From: an uncultured Candidatus Saccharibacteria bacterium | GTDB lineage: Bacteria > Patescibacteriota > Doudnabacteria > UBA920 | Assembly: GCA_964512925.1 (NCBI GenBank) | Contig: CAZEKH010000001.1 | Span: 136,226-200,225, forward strand | Direction of reading: 5' to 3' | Length of the DNA: 64,000 nucleotides | Part shown: positions 29,685 to 39,923 of the stretch, piece after piece | How positions within the stretch are numbered: the stretch's first letter is position 1 | Layout: every line of letters starts with the position of its first letter | Notes under the pieces: model-generated | The model's database searches: none | The model's input: the letters and a program-made list of their open reading frames with translations, nothing else | What the model was told of the DNA's origin: nothing | Made by a program: the position numbers and the translations under genes

Positions 29685-29782
29685 ATTTCCTCCCCTTAGT
29701 GTAAGGGGAGGCTGGGAGGGGATATGAAGTTTTCAGTATCACCCCCTGCCCCCTCTTATGTTAAGAGGGGGGAAAATATTTG
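29685..29782. repeat. m2-m1 junction of the CCTCCCCTTA..TAAGGGGAGG / ATCACCCCC..CCCCCTCTTA..TAAGAGGGGG repeat family
   Basis: Same modules flank the DUF559 gene at 40400-41005, in the opposite order. Confidence 0.6.
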
Positions 29783-29785
29783 CGT

Positions 29786-30880
29786 CTATGCAGATGTTAG
29801 GAAATGAACAACATCCCCATCCTGTACCACATAGGCTTTGCCTTCGGTGCGAAGCCAGCCTTTTTCTCGGGCCTTGCCATAGCTGCCGGCTTCCAGGAGT
29901 TTGTCCCACTGGATGACTTCCGCGCGGATGAAGTTTTTTTCAAAGTCAGAGTGGATCTTGCCTGCGGCCTCAGGCGCTTTGGAGCCGGCTACACAAGTCC
30001 AGGCTTTGGACTCTTTTGGTCCCGCCGTGATGAAAGTTACCAAGCCCAAAGTTTTGTAGGCTTGTTTGATGATTTTGTTTAAACCTGACTCAGGCAGTCC
30101 CAGCTCTTTTAAATATTCGCTCCGTTCTTCGTCAGAAAGTTCGGAAAGCTCGGATTCAAGTTGCGCATCAGCAGATATAAAATCCTTATAGTCCCCCTCC
30201 CCAGGCTTGGGGAGGGTTGGGGAGAGGTCGAAGTTTTTAGTACTTAAATCAAATTTCTGGTTCGCCACAAACAAAAACGGTTTTGTGGTAAGAAGCTGGA
30301 TGTCTTTGCTGTTTTCTTTTTCTTCATCGCTCAAAGAAACTTCAGACGCCATTTTCCCTTGGTTTAAAGCTTCTCTATATTTTTCCAAAACCTGTTTTTT
30401 TATAACCATTTCCCGGTCGCCGGATCTGGCGCCTTTGGAAGCGGTCTCAAGCCTTTTTTCCACATTTTGCAGGTCAGCCAGCTGAAGCTCCAGGCCAATA
30501 GTTTCCATATCCCTTTTTGGGTCCACAGTGCCGGAAACGTGGATGATGTCCTTGTTTTCAAAAAACCTTATAACTTCCATTATAGCGTCCACTTCTCTTA
30601 TGTTTGCCAAAAACTGGTTACCCAAACCTTCGCCTTTGTGCGCGCCGGCAACCAAACCTGCGATGTCCACGAACTCTATGGTAGTAGGCACGACTTTTTC
30701 ACTTTTTTCCTGCTGGGCAAGTTTTCCAAGCCTCTCGTCCGGCACTGTTACGACTGCCACGTTTGGTTCAATAGTTGCAAAAGGGTAGTTGGAAGCCACA
30801 ACCTTGCTTTTGGTAATGGCGTTAAAAAGTGTGGATTTGCCTACATTTGGCAGGCCGACAATGCCGATTTTGAAGCTCAT
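29786..30880 (-). CDS. ychF: ribosome-binding ATPase YchF (Obg-family GTPase)
   Basis: GIVGLPNVGKSTLFNA, NYPFATIEPN, C-terminal TGS domain. In-frame repeat insertion at 30190-30235 (PKPGEGDYKDF). Confidence 0.9.
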   Translation of the reverse strand: MSFKIGIVGLPNVGKSTLFNAITKSKVVASNYPFATIEPNVAVVTVPDERLGKLAQQEKSEKVVPTTIEFVDIAGLVAGAHKGEGLGNQFLANIREVDAIMEVIRFFENKDIIHVSGTVDPKRDMETIGLELQLADLQNVEKRLETASKGARSGDREMVIKKQVLEKYREALNQGKMASEVSLSDEEKENSKDIQLLTTKPFLFVANQKFDLSTKNFDLSPTLPKPGEGDYKDFISADAQLESELSELSDEERSEYLKELGLPESGLNKIIKQAYKTLGLVTFITAGPKESKAWTCVAGSKAPEAAGKIHSDFEKNFIRAEVIQWDKLLEAGSYGKAREKGWLRTEGKAYVVQDGDVVHFLTSA

Positions 30881-31211
30881 AGTTTTTCCTTATAGTCTCC
30901 CTCCCCCTGTCTGCCGCCAGGCAGGCAAAGCTTGGGGAGGGTTGGGGAGAGGTTTGATCTTGAATAATAACGATATACAACCCAAGTATTGTAAATGAAA
31001 TAAGGATTTTCGCCAAGCATTAAATTTTTACTAATGCGAAATAATACAAAGTCATTTTTTTGTGTCATCCCCGCGGAGGCGGGGATCTTGCTAATTGTCA
31101 TTATTTACCGATTTTCATATGGGTAAACTTCAACAGGTATCTAAGTTTGCCCAGCAAGGACTTGATTTTTTCAAAGAGAGAGAGAGTACATTACTGGGCA
31201 AGGAGGTAGTT

Positions 31212-31361
31212 ATGGGCATCAAATTACCAATTCTGCCAGGCAGAAGGAATTCAAGAAGGCGCTCACCAGCTGAGCGCAGGCTACGAATGAAAGGGGGGTG
31301 TTCGGGGAAAAGCTGCAAGGAAGCTTTTTCAGAAATCCGACACCAGTGTCGGGAGGGGTGA
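31212..31361 (+). CDS. small Arg-rich hypothetical protein (49 aa)
   Basis: Perfect SD AAGGAGGT 6 nt before the ATG. Terminator hairpin GCGGCGCGCTCCTCGCGCCGC+T7 at 31416-31445. Confidence 0.3.
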   Translation: MGIKLPILPGRRNSRRRSPAERRLRMKGGCSGKSCKEAFSEIRHQCREG

Positions 31362-31743
31362 AAATTCCCGATGGCAAGACCCCGATGTCGTCCGGTGGTA
31401 ATCGTTTCAAAGCGGCGCGCTCCTCGCGCCGCTGATTTTTTTACAAAGAAAAAGCGCCGTTTGTAGTCCGGCGCCTGCCCGAATGGGCAAAAAACTGTGC
31501 TGGATCACCCCCTTTCCCGCTGGTTGCGCCCCGTCTGTGCGGGGTAAATAGGATGCGTCAGACATCTTTTTTTGCTACCACGGGAAAGGAGGTTTGTTCA
31601 GTTGGAATCTCATACGAGTCCTCCTAATCACAATATACTCCAAATGAAAAAAAATATCCACTTGACCAAAATGTGGAAAAGAGTAAGATATTAGACAAGA
31701 TGCTGCCTGGAGCAGCAAATTTCAATCAGAAAGAGGCAGATAC

Positions 31744-32169
31744 TTGGCACCTTTTGGCAGTCAAAAGTCTAGGGCCAACATTGGTCGTCACGGGCAAAGG
31801 AGGTCGCAAGCACGCGCTTACGCACGCAATCATCCTATTTCATTCGGGGTATGCAGCGTCCCACTACAAGAGATTTTAGCAGGGTTGTACTTGCTTTCAT
31901 CTCTGGGTGATCAAAAAGAAACTCCTAGCACCGAGCGACTGATCGTTGAGATCGTTGGTGCGGCCACACGGCTAAAATGTCCTGTTATCATCAAAGCTTA
32001 CAAGGTGGTTTGTAAGCACAAGGGCGGTCAAAAGTACGGCAAGTTGGGGGTAGAGATTCGTACCAAGCGGCGTTTTCAAATAGACGGATATCCGCCCATT
32101 ATCCGCCTCTGGGATACGCCTGAACAAGTCTTATTCTATATGAGAAAGTGGGCGAGCAAACTTTCTTGA
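31744..32169 (+). CDS. hypothetical protein
   Basis: 141-aa ORF ending just before a strong terminator. No family recognised. Confidence 0.3.
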   Translation: MAPFGSQKSRANIGRHGQRRSQARAYARNHPISFGVCSVPLQEILAGLYLLSSLGDQKETPSTERLIVEIVGAATRLKCPVIIKAYKVVCKHKGGQKYGKLGVEIRTKRRFQIDGYPPIIRLWDTPEQVLFYMRKWASKLS

Positions 32170-32179
32170 CACCCATCGT

Positions 32180-32214
32180 GGGCGCCGGCAACTGCTGCCG
32201 GCGCTCTTTTCTTT
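32180..32214 (+). terminator. Rho-independent terminator
   Basis: GCGCCGGCA-actgc-TGCCGGCGC followed by TCTTTTCTTT. Confidence 0.75.
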
Positions 32215-32479
32215 GGGAGTGTTATAATATTAATACTTGCGGTTTTCAATGAATTTTCTATTCTGATTTTTCAAGGTGGAGTGGAATTGCTTAAAGTTAT
32301 TGATTATTTAAAGTTCAGGGGTCCCCACCTGCATCGCATATGCATGCTCATGCATTTCGGGCAGGCCTCCACTCCTCGGATGCACTCGTCGGTCGGGATG
32401 ACAAAAAGAATTTGGGGAGGGTTCTTGCTTAATACTTAATACTTAATACTTAATACTTAATACTGAGCATCCCACACAA

Positions 32480-33940
32480 ATGCAAAACATAGATACTTCC
32501 ATTTTCAAAGCCTATGACATAAGGGGTATATATCCAACACAGATAGATGCGGATTTGGTATATAAAATTGGTCAGGCGTATTTGCAGTTTCTGCAAACGC
32601 GGAATTACGCTGACCAAGACGCGGACTTACGGAGAAAGTTTAAAATTGTAGTGGGACACGATATGCGCCTGTCTGGGGAGGAGTTTTCTGAAAGCGCAAT
32701 CCGCGCTTTGACAGACGCGGGAGCGGATGTGGTGGATATCGGCCTGGTTTCAACTGATCAGTTGTACTTTGCTGCCGCGACTTTGGACGTTGATGGCGGT
32801 ATTCAGATCACTGCCAGCCACAACCCGAAAGAATACGGCGGGATGAAATTGGTTAGGGAAAAAGGCCGGCCGATTTCGGGGGATAGCGGAATTTATCAGA
32901 TTCGGGATTTGGTAATAAGTAATCAGAAATCAGTTATCAGTGATCAGAGAGGAAGAGTGGAAAAGAAGGATATTACTGAAGAGTATTATAAACATATACT
33001 AAAAACTTTTGAAATAAGTAAATTTAAAAAATTCCGTATAGTTGCCAATGCCAACTTTGGGATGGCTAATCCCGCCATCGAAAAGCTTAAAACTCTTTTG
33101 CCAATTGAGTTTGTGGAAGTTTTAAATGGCCATTTGGACGGCAGTTTCCCTAAAGGACCTTCGGATCCACTACTTCACTCTAACCGTGAAGAAACTATAG
33201 AAGCCATAAAAAAGCACAAACCGGATTTGGGCGTGGCTTGGGACGGGGACGCTGACCGTTGTTTCTTTTTTGATGAGAACGGAAAATTTGTCACACCCGC
33301 GTACATAAACGCGATTTTAGCAGAATACTATTGCAAAAAAAATCCAGGCTGCAAGATACTTCACGATACCAGGGTTGTAAGAGTGATTGATTATGCCGTA
33401 GAAAAAAACGGGGGAGTGAGTGTCATGAACAAAGCCGGCCACTCGTTCATAAAAGAGCGGATGATCAAGGACGACATTGTTTTTGGCAATGAAACTTCGG
33501 GGCACTATTATTTCAAGGACAATTTTTATCTGGATAACGGCCTAATGCCGTTTTTGGCAATACTGTCAATTTTGTCCGAATATATATCTCCCTCATCCTT
33601 TGCGGGAGACCTGCCCGCCGTGGGTGTTCGGGCGGGGGGTCAGGGAGAGGTCGTGCTGTTATCCGATATTCTACAGCCTTTACGCGAGAAGTTTTTTATC
33701 TCCGAAGAGATAAATTTTAAAGTCAAAGATGCCAATCAGGTTATTGAAAGCCTCAGGCAAAAATACCAGGAAGCCAAAATAGATGAAATAGACGGTTTGG
33801 ATTTTAATTTCCCATCCTGGCGCTTCAATGTGCGCAAAAGCAATACAGAACCGCTTTTAAGGCTCAACTTGGAAGCTAATAGCCAAAAAGAGCTTGAGGA
33901 AAAACAAAAAGAAATTAGCGATTTAATTTTAGCCATATGA
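32480..33940 (+). CDS. phosphomannomutase/phosphoglucomutase (alpha-D-phosphohexomutase family)
   Basis: Active-site TASHNPKEYGGMK, metal-binding DGDADR. In-frame palindromic-repeat insertion at 33590-33650 (SFAGDLPAVGVRAGGQGEVV). Confidence 0.85.
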   Translation: MQNIDTSIFKAYDIRGIYPTQIDADLVYKIGQAYLQFLQTRNYADQDADLRRKFKIVVGHDMRLSGEEFSESAIRALTDAGADVVDIGLVSTDQLYFAAATLDVDGGIQITASHNPKEYGGMKLVREKGRPISGDSGIYQIRDLVISNQKSVISDQRGRVEKKDITEEYYKHILKTFEISKFKKFRIVANANFGMANPAIEKLKTLLPIEFVEVLNGHLDGSFPKGPSDPLLHSNREETIEAIKKHKPDLGVAWDGDADRCFFFDENGKFVTPAYINAILAEYYCKKNPGCKILHDTRVVRVIDYAVEKNGGVSVMNKAGHSFIKERMIKDDIVFGNETSGHYYFKDNFYLDNGLMPFLAILSILSEYISPSSFAGDLPAVGVRAGGQGEVVLLSDILQPLREKFFISEEINFKVKDANQVIESLRQKYQEAKIDEIDGLDFNFPSWRFNVRKSNTEPLLRLNLEANSQKELEEKQKEISDLILAI

Positions 33941-34284
33941 ATGAAACCTGGACAGAGTTTGTTGAAGAAAATAATGAGGTTTATAAACTTTTTTTAGCCT
34001 GGCGCGAGATGGAGGATTTAAAAAAAAGACTTGATCCCAGCCACCCAGAAACTTCGCAGGTTTTTTGGCAGAAAATTGAAGAGATAAAAAAACAATCCCA
34101 TTGGGATGATTTGTTATTTGATTCAGATGTCATTATTAGGAAAAGTTTGGCAAAAAAAATTTATGACTATAGCATATCAACCGGAAACATTTATGCTGTT
34201 GGTAACTACTATGAAGATTTGGTTGAAAAAATGAGGCTTGAGGTGATGGAAAAAAGAGGGTATAAAAAATCGGCCCTAGAGTAG
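33937..34284 (+). CDS. hypothetical protein
   Basis: ATGA overlap with the upstream gene. 115 aa. Confidence 0.45.
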   Translation: MNETWTEFVEENNEVYKLFLAWREMEDLKKRLDPSHPETSQVFWQKIEEIKKQSHWDDLLFDSDVIIRKSLAKKIYDYSISTGNIYAVGNYYEDLVEKMRLEVMEKRGYKKSALE

Positions 34285-35253
34285 GCCGATTTTTTCTTTA
34301 ACTTCAGAAAGTGTTACGCTGGCAACTGCTTTTGCTTTTCTGGCGCCTTCAGCCAAAACTTCCGCTATATAATCTGGTTTGTTTAAAAGTTCTTTTTTCT
34401 TTTCCCTAAACTCCGCAAAATATCCGGCAGTGGCTTTTGCCAAAGTTTCTTTCAGTTCGCTGTATTTTAACTGGCCCGTTTTTTGGGCTTCGGAAAAATA
34501 TTTTACTTCATTTTCGGAGCTAAACTTTGATAGTAGATCTAAAAGGTTTTCTTCGCCCGGAGATTTTTGTCCAGGTATGGAAGCGGTAACGGCTTTTTTG
34601 AGTTTTCTATGTATTTCTTCCGGACCGTCGTCTAAATTTAGGGCTTCGTCGCCGGTCTTGCTCATTTTTTTTGCCGGGTCGGTTAAGGACATTATCCGCA
34701 AAGGTTTCCGAAGATACGTTTGGGGCTCTGGGAAAGTTTCGCCGAAGTGGTGGTTAAATTTCCTGGCGACGACCCGAGAAAGTTCAACGTGCTGGATCTG
34801 GTCTTCACCTACCGGGACAGCGGTTGGTTTGTAAAGTAATATATCAGCCGCCATCAAGCAAGGGTAAGTTAAAAGTCCGGCGTTGATGTTTTCTTTATGT
34901 TGTTTGGCTTTGTCTTTATATTGAGTCATCCTTTCAAGCTCGCCTAATGGGGTGATACAGTTGAATATCCAGGCAAGTTCGGAGTGTTCGTGAACGTGGC
35001 TCTGGACAAAAAAAGTGATTTTTTCCGGGTTGATGCCTAAAGCTAAGTAGGTAGCCGCGATGTCCAAAGTATTTTCTGCAAAAGTTTTCGGATCAAAAGG
35101 CGTAGTTAAGCCATGCAAATCAGCGATGAAATAAAAGCAGTTATTGTTTGGGTTATTTTGGGTTTCCAAAAGTTGCTGTACCAAGCCCAAGTAGTGCCCG
35201 ATATGAAGTTTCCCAGAAGCGCGTATTCCCGCCACCAAGTTTTGTTTTGTCAT
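34276..35253 (-). CDS. trpS: tryptophan--tRNA ligase
   Basis: HIGH motif GKLHIGHYLG, KMSKS motif KMSKTG. ~325 aa. Confidence 0.9.
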   Translation of the reverse strand: MTKQNLVAGIRASGKLHIGHYLGLVQQLLETQNNPNNNCFYFIADLHGLTTPFDPKTFAENTLDIAATYLALGINPEKITFFVQSHVHEHSELAWIFNCITPLGELERMTQYKDKAKQHKENINAGLLTYPCLMAADILLYKPTAVPVGEDQIQHVELSRVVARKFNHHFGETFPEPQTYLRKPLRIMSLTDPAKKMSKTGDEALNLDDGPEEIHRKLKKAVTASIPGQKSPGEENLLDLLSKFSSENEVKYFSEAQKTGQLKYSELKETLAKATAGYFAEFREKKKELLNKPDYIAEVLAEGARKAKAVASVTLSEVKEKIGLL

Positions 35254-35266
35254 ATGGAATATTATA

Positions 35267-35305
35267 CCAAAAACCCCGCCCTTTGCTAAGGGCGGGGTTT
35301 TTGGT
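35267..35305. terminator. bidirectional terminator
   Basis: AAAAACCCCGCCCTTTGCTAAGGGCGGGGTTTTTGG. Confidence 0.8.
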
Positions 35306-35367
35306 ATGTTACTGATCCACTGATTACTGATAACTGATCACTATGTACCGAGTGCTAAGCACTGTCC

Positions 35368-37344
35368 CTACATTTCCATTATCACGGGCAAAACCATTGG
35401 GCGGCGTTCGGTTTTTTGGTAGAGGTATTCGCCGATTTCGTCGCGGATGATATTTCTAAGGAAAGTCCAATTCGGCTCGAGCCGTTCTTTACTCTTGGAT
35501 TCCACGAGTTTTCTTACTTCGTGTTTGACTTCACGGATCAGCTCGTCGTTGCCTTTCATATAGATGAAGCCTCTGGAGATGATATCCGGCTGGTTGATGA
35601 TCTTGCCGTTTCTGCGGTCCAGCGTGATGATGATGACAAACATTCCGTCTTGGGCCATCACCTGGCGGTCGCGGATAACCACTTCGCCGACATCGCCTAC
35701 TCCAAGCCCGTCTATGAACACATAACCTGAGACCACTTTCGGGTCTTCGACTATCTTGGCTTCTTTGGCGGAAGTTATCTCAACTATCTGCCCGTTGTCT
35801 AAAGCAAAGATGTTGCTGTCCGGGATGCCCATAGTTTTTGCCAGATCCGCGTGAGCCACAATCATATGGTGTTCGCCGTGGATGGGCATAAAGTATTTCG
35901 GTTTGACTAAAGCTATCATCAGTTTTAGTTCTTCCTGGTGAGCGTGTCCGGAAGTGTGGATGTCTAAAGTTTTGTTGTAAATGACGTGGCTGCCCAAACG
36001 GGTGAGGTTTGAAAGCATAGCGGAAATAGCGCGCTCATTGCCCGGGATAGGGGAGGCGGACACAATGGTGGTGTCGCCTTTTTTGATTTTTACGGTTTTG
36101 TGGTCGCCACGGGCAATGCGAGCCAGGCCAGCCGCTTCTTCGCCCTGGGCGCCAGTGGTTAAGATGACGATCTGGTTGTCCGGAAATTTTTTCGCCATTT
36201 CGGACTTGATGATGATCTTCGGCTGAATCTTTAAGTAACCCAAAGACAAAGCAATCTCAATGTTGTTGACCATAGAGCGGCCTGTAACTATGACTTTGCG
36301 GTTGTATTTGGCAGCCGCGTCAAACACTTGCTGGATGCGGGAGATGCTGGTTGAAAAGTTGGCAAAAATAATTCTTCCCTTTATGTCAGCAAAAGTCCGG
36401 TCAATGGTTAAGCCGATTTCTCTTTCCGAAACACAGTAACCGGGTTTGACCGCGTTGGTTGAGTCTGACATTAAAAGTAAAACTCCTTCAGCGCCGAATT
36501 TGGCGATTTTGTCGAATTCGGTGGGCTTGCCGTCTACCGGCGTGTGGTCAAACTTCCAGTCAGTGGCATATACCACTTGTCCGACCGGGGTGGTGATACA
36601 AAGACCTACTCCATCTGGGATACTATGATTGGTTCTAAAGAAGCGAATTTTAAAATTGCCCAAAACCAAAACATCGTCTTTGGTCAGAGAGTTGATTTTT
36701 GAGCGGCCTAACAGACCGAACTCTTCCAAACGCTTTTTTATGAACGCCGCGGTCAGGGGTAAAGTATAAACCGGCGGGTCGCCCAGTTTGGGTAAGATAT
36801 ACGGCATAGCGCCGATGTGGTCCAAATGCCCGTGGGTGATGATCACGCCTCTGACTCTGCGCTTGTTTTCTTCCAGCCATTTGGTGTCAGGGATGATGTA
36901 GTCAATGCCCGGCATAGTATCGTCTGGAAAAGCCAGACCCATATCTATGATAATCAGGTCATCGCCAAATTCCAGGACAGTCATATTTTCACCGACTTCC
37001 TCTATACCTCCCATTGGGATAATCCTGAGGTTTTGTCTGGAAGCCGTGTAGCGGCTGGTAGAAGACAAAACAGTGTCAGCCGGTGTTTTAAGACCGAGGC
37101 TGGTTGCTTTGTCTATCAGGCGGTCAAGCCGGCTGGTACCGCTATTGACGTTAGCCTGCTGTTCGTTAGCAGGGGATTTTTTTACGGGATGGTTCACCCC
37201 GTGCCCGCTTCTCTGCGGATTTCGATTGTGAGAAAAGGTTTTTCTCATCATAAAATTCTTTCGGGTCAAACTTTCTGCAAAAAAAGACCTGGATAATAAA
37301 TATTCCCATTTTTTTGGGAACGATTGCGTTTCTTTGAGCTTCAA
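35368..37344 (-). CDS. rnj: ribonuclease J (metallo-beta-lactamase/beta-CASP) with ~100-aa N-terminal extension; start uncertain (alternative Met at 37251)
   Basis: HGHLDHIG motif, beta-CASP and C-terminal domain. Conserved core begins at LRIIPMGGIEEVGENMTVLEF. Confidence 0.85.
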   Translation of the reverse strand: MKLKETQSFPKKWEYLLSRSFFAESLTRKNFMMRKTFSHNRNPQRSGHGVNHPVKKSPANEQQANVNSGTSRLDRLIDKATSLGLKTPADTVLSSTSRYTASRQNLRIIPMGGIEEVGENMTVLEFGDDLIIIDMGLAFPDDTMPGIDYIIPDTKWLEENKRRVRGVIITHGHLDHIGAMPYILPKLGDPPVYTLPLTAAFIKKRLEEFGLLGRSKINSLTKDDVLVLGNFKIRFFRTNHSIPDGVGLCITTPVGQVVYATDWKFDHTPVDGKPTEFDKIAKFGAEGVLLLMSDSTNAVKPGYCVSEREIGLTIDRTFADIKGRIIFANFSTSISRIQQVFDAAAKYNRKVIVTGRSMVNNIEIALSLGYLKIQPKIIIKSEMAKKFPDNQIVILTTGAQGEEAAGLARIARGDHKTVKIKKGDTTIVSASPIPGNERAISAMLSNLTRLGSHVIYNKTLDIHTSGHAHQEELKLMIALVKPKYFMPIHGEHHMIVAHADLAKTMGIPDSNIFALDNGQIVEITSAKEAKIVEDPKVVSGYVFIDGLGVGDVGEVVIRDRQVMAQDGMFVIIITLDRRNGKIINQPDIISRGFIYMKGNDELIREVKHEVRKLVESKSKERLEPNWTFLRNIIRDEIGEYLYQKTERRPMVLPVIMEM

Positions 37345-37594
37345 AAGTGGCTTGTTCGGCCGACCGTCAAAGCTAAATGTTTAGCAATTAGCAGATGCAA
37401 AATAAAAAAACTTTTTTATCAAATATCCGGTAATTGTTTTGGTTTCTTTAGAGCCAAGAAAACTATTTCTAATATTATATCACTAATCTAGAAAACTGTC
37501 AAAAAATAAACAAAATTTTGCTTTATTTAAAAGGGAAAATAAAATAACATATAGCGATCTGATTTAACTACAACCCTGCATATTTCTACGCATT

Positions 37595-37681
37595 TGGTGG
37601 GCGAAGAGGGACTTGAACCCTCACGGGATTACTCCCACACGTACCTGAAACGTGCGCGTATGCCAATTCCGCCATTCGCCC
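37595..37681 (-). tRNA. tRNA-Leu (anticodon CAG), type II with long variable arm
   Basis: Minus-strand read GGGCGAATGGCGGAATTGGCATACGCGCACGTTTCAGGTACGTGTGGGAGTAATCCCGTGAGGGTTCAAGTCCCTCTTCGCCCACCA. Confidence 0.8.
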
Positions 37682-37761
37682 ATCAAATATTTAGAATATA
37701 TAAGCGGGTAGACACCACTCGAGCAAAAATATTTGCCTACCAATTATATACGAACTAACTT

Positions 37762-39507
37762 TTATTTCCAAGCTCTTTTTTCCTGAACATACCAACGGCT
37801 TACCGCTGAATACCTTTGAGCCGGTTCAAAAATTGATTTAAAAGCAACTCCTTTGAGGTTTTTATTGGCTACAAAAAAGTACTGCGCCTGGTTGATCGGC
37901 AGGGACGCAAGTTCTTGAGAGACTGTTTGTTCCAGCAGGCGGTATTTATCCAGCCGTAAATTTTGGTCAGTAGTGGTTCTCGCTTCCACAATCAGTTTGT
38001 CCGCAGCTTGGCTGTTTAAGCCGGACAGGTTCAGGCCCGGATCGCTTTTTTGGCTGGAGTGCCAAAAGATAAAAGGATCCGGATCAGGGGAAAATTTTTG
38101 AAAAAACAACAACAGGTCAAAATTTCTGCCTTTGATTATTTCCTCGGACAACTGCTTGTTGGAGAAAGTTTTTACATCCGCGTTGATGCCGACTTCTTTT
38201 AGGTTTTGGGAAATCAGTTTGGCGGCTTTGACATTGGGTTCGTATTCATTGGTAGCCAGCACAAAATTTAAACCGATCTTTTTTCTTTCCCTGACCAAAG
38301 TTTCGGCGTTCAAAGCCCAGCCAGCCGCTTCCAACTGGGCAATGGCTTTGTCTTTGGAGAACTCCGGGTTTAAAAGGCTTTGTTCGCCGAAGTTGAAAAT
38401 CAGCTGCTTGAAACCTAAAATATTTTGTTCGCCAAATGCCTGGCTGATGATTTGTTTACGGTCAATAGCCAGGTTGACGGCTTGCCTGATAGAGCTTTCA
38501 GACAACGGATTCTTTCGTAGATTAAAAAACAAGGTTTGATATTGCGCGGACGGGGCTGAAAAAATTTGCAAATTCCCCGTGCGTTCAGCCAAAATTTTAG
38601 TGTTGGAGGTCAGGTAGCTGAAAAAATCCGCTTCTTTGGCCTGAACAGAAGCGATGGCTTGTTCGTCTGTATCAAAAAATTTGATTGTCATCTCGTCCAG
38701 ATACGGCCGCCCGTTCGTATAGCCGTCAAAAGCTTTGAGGTTCAGGCTTTGAATTTTGCCGTTCGGAAGTTTGCTTATTTCAGAGATGGCAAAAGCCCCG
38801 CTGCCTATGGCTTTGAGGTTGAATTCTGACAAAGGGAAATTTTGTGCGTCCACTTTCATCCAGACGTATTCCGGAAGGATGGGTAAGGTCAGGTTGCCAA
38901 GAAACGGGCCGGAAATGTCCTTGGTAATAAACTTAACCGAAGTTTCGGACAATTTTTCTACAGTGGTGGACTGCCAAAACGTATTGTAAGGGCTTTTCAC
39001 CTGCGGATTTTGTAAAATTTTTATCGTAAAGATGATGTCATTGGCATCAATAGGTCTGCCGTCGTGCCATTTGCGGCCTGTTTTTAGTTTGATTATGTAT
39101 TGTTTTTGGTCCTGGGAAATCTCTGGCATTCCGTCCGCCAGCTCAGGAACCAATTTACCGTTTTCATCGTATTTATAGAGAGAGGCAAACAATAGGCGGG
39201 TGAGGCTTAAATCCGGTTCTTGGTAGGCGAGTATGGGGTTTAAAAAAACCGGTTGCCCGCGCACAGCCTCGGTGATTTTTCCACCGCGAGCCGGTATGGG
39301 ATTGGTATGGGCGAAATAGGATTTTCTTAAACTAAAACCCAGGCCGATAAAAAATATAAAAATTAAAAAAAACAAAGCATATTTTTCGTGTTTACCCATC
39401 AAAGAAAAAACCTTGCCAAGCAAGGAAAGTCGGATTTTTGGCACAGCTTTGAGTCCCTGGAAAATTAGCCTGCCTTCATTTTTAAATTGTTGGATAAACT
39501 CTGCCAT
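37762..39507 (-). CDS. ABC transporter substrate-binding protein, family 5 (oligopeptide/dipeptide-binding-like), membrane-anchored
   Basis: N-terminal TM anchor. ~540-aa SBP_bac_5-like domain. Start may be the internal Met near 39399. Confidence 0.55.
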   Translation of the reverse strand: MAEFIQQFKNEGRLIFQGLKAVPKIRLSLLGKVFSLMGKHEKYALFFLIFIFFIGLGFSLRKSYFAHTNPIPARGGKITEAVRGQPVFLNPILAYQEPDLSLTRLLFASLYKYDENGKLVPELADGMPEISQDQKQYIIKLKTGRKWHDGRPIDANDIIFTIKILQNPQVKSPYNTFWQSTTVEKLSETSVKFITKDISGPFLGNLTLPILPEYVWMKVDAQNFPLSEFNLKAIGSGAFAISEISKLPNGKIQSLNLKAFDGYTNGRPYLDEMTIKFFDTDEQAIASVQAKEADFFSYLTSNTKILAERTGNLQIFSAPSAQYQTLFFNLRKNPLSESSIRQAVNLAIDRKQIISQAFGEQNILGFKQLIFNFGEQSLLNPEFSKDKAIAQLEAAGWALNAETLVRERKKIGLNFVLATNEYEPNVKAAKLISQNLKEVGINADVKTFSNKQLSEEIIKGRNFDLLLFFQKFSPDPDPFIFWHSSQKSDPGLNLSGLNSQAADKLIVEARTTTDQNLRLDKYRLLEQTVSQELASLPINQAQYFFVANKNLKGVAFKSIFEPAQRYSAVSRWYVQEKRAWK

Positions 39508-39547
39508 TTTGGAAAAGGAGCCAGTCCTTTTTTGCTTTGGTTGTTGT

Positions 39548-39766
39548 TTACTTGATAAACAAAAAAGAAATATTGATTCCCACGAAGAGGGTGCCTAAAA
39601 CTATGGTTGCGTAAAACAGCCATTTTTCAAAACCGCGGCGGGTGGAAACTACGCCTCCGCCACCGCCGAAAACTCCAGACAAGCCGGAAGATTTGTTCTG
39701 TAAAACCACAGCAATAATCAAAAGAACCATAACCAGGATATTTGCAAATTGTAGGATATTTTTCAT
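39548..39766 (-). CDS. secG: preprotein translocase subunit SecG
   Basis: Two TM helices with the characteristic GVFGGGGG glycine-rich loop. Confidence 0.7.
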   Translation of the reverse strand: MKNILQFANILVMVLLIIAVVLQNKSSGLSGVFGGGGGVVSTRRGFEKWLFYATIVLGTLFVGINISFLFIK

Positions 39767-39923
39767 AAATGGATTTTAGTAACTTATGCATTATATGGAT
39801 TTTGAAACTTTGCGTCAAGGCGCTACAGAAAAAAGTTGACCGCACTACAGATGCCTACAAAAAAATGCAGGGTTGACATTTGCAGATTTTTATGGCATTG
39901 TAGGTGTGCGAAGGGGGTAAATT

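Noticed and set aside
35416-37296. ORFs antisense to or overlapping RNase J (35416-35730, 35981-36226, 36817-37296, etc.)
   Set aside because: Overlap the conserved RNase J frame.
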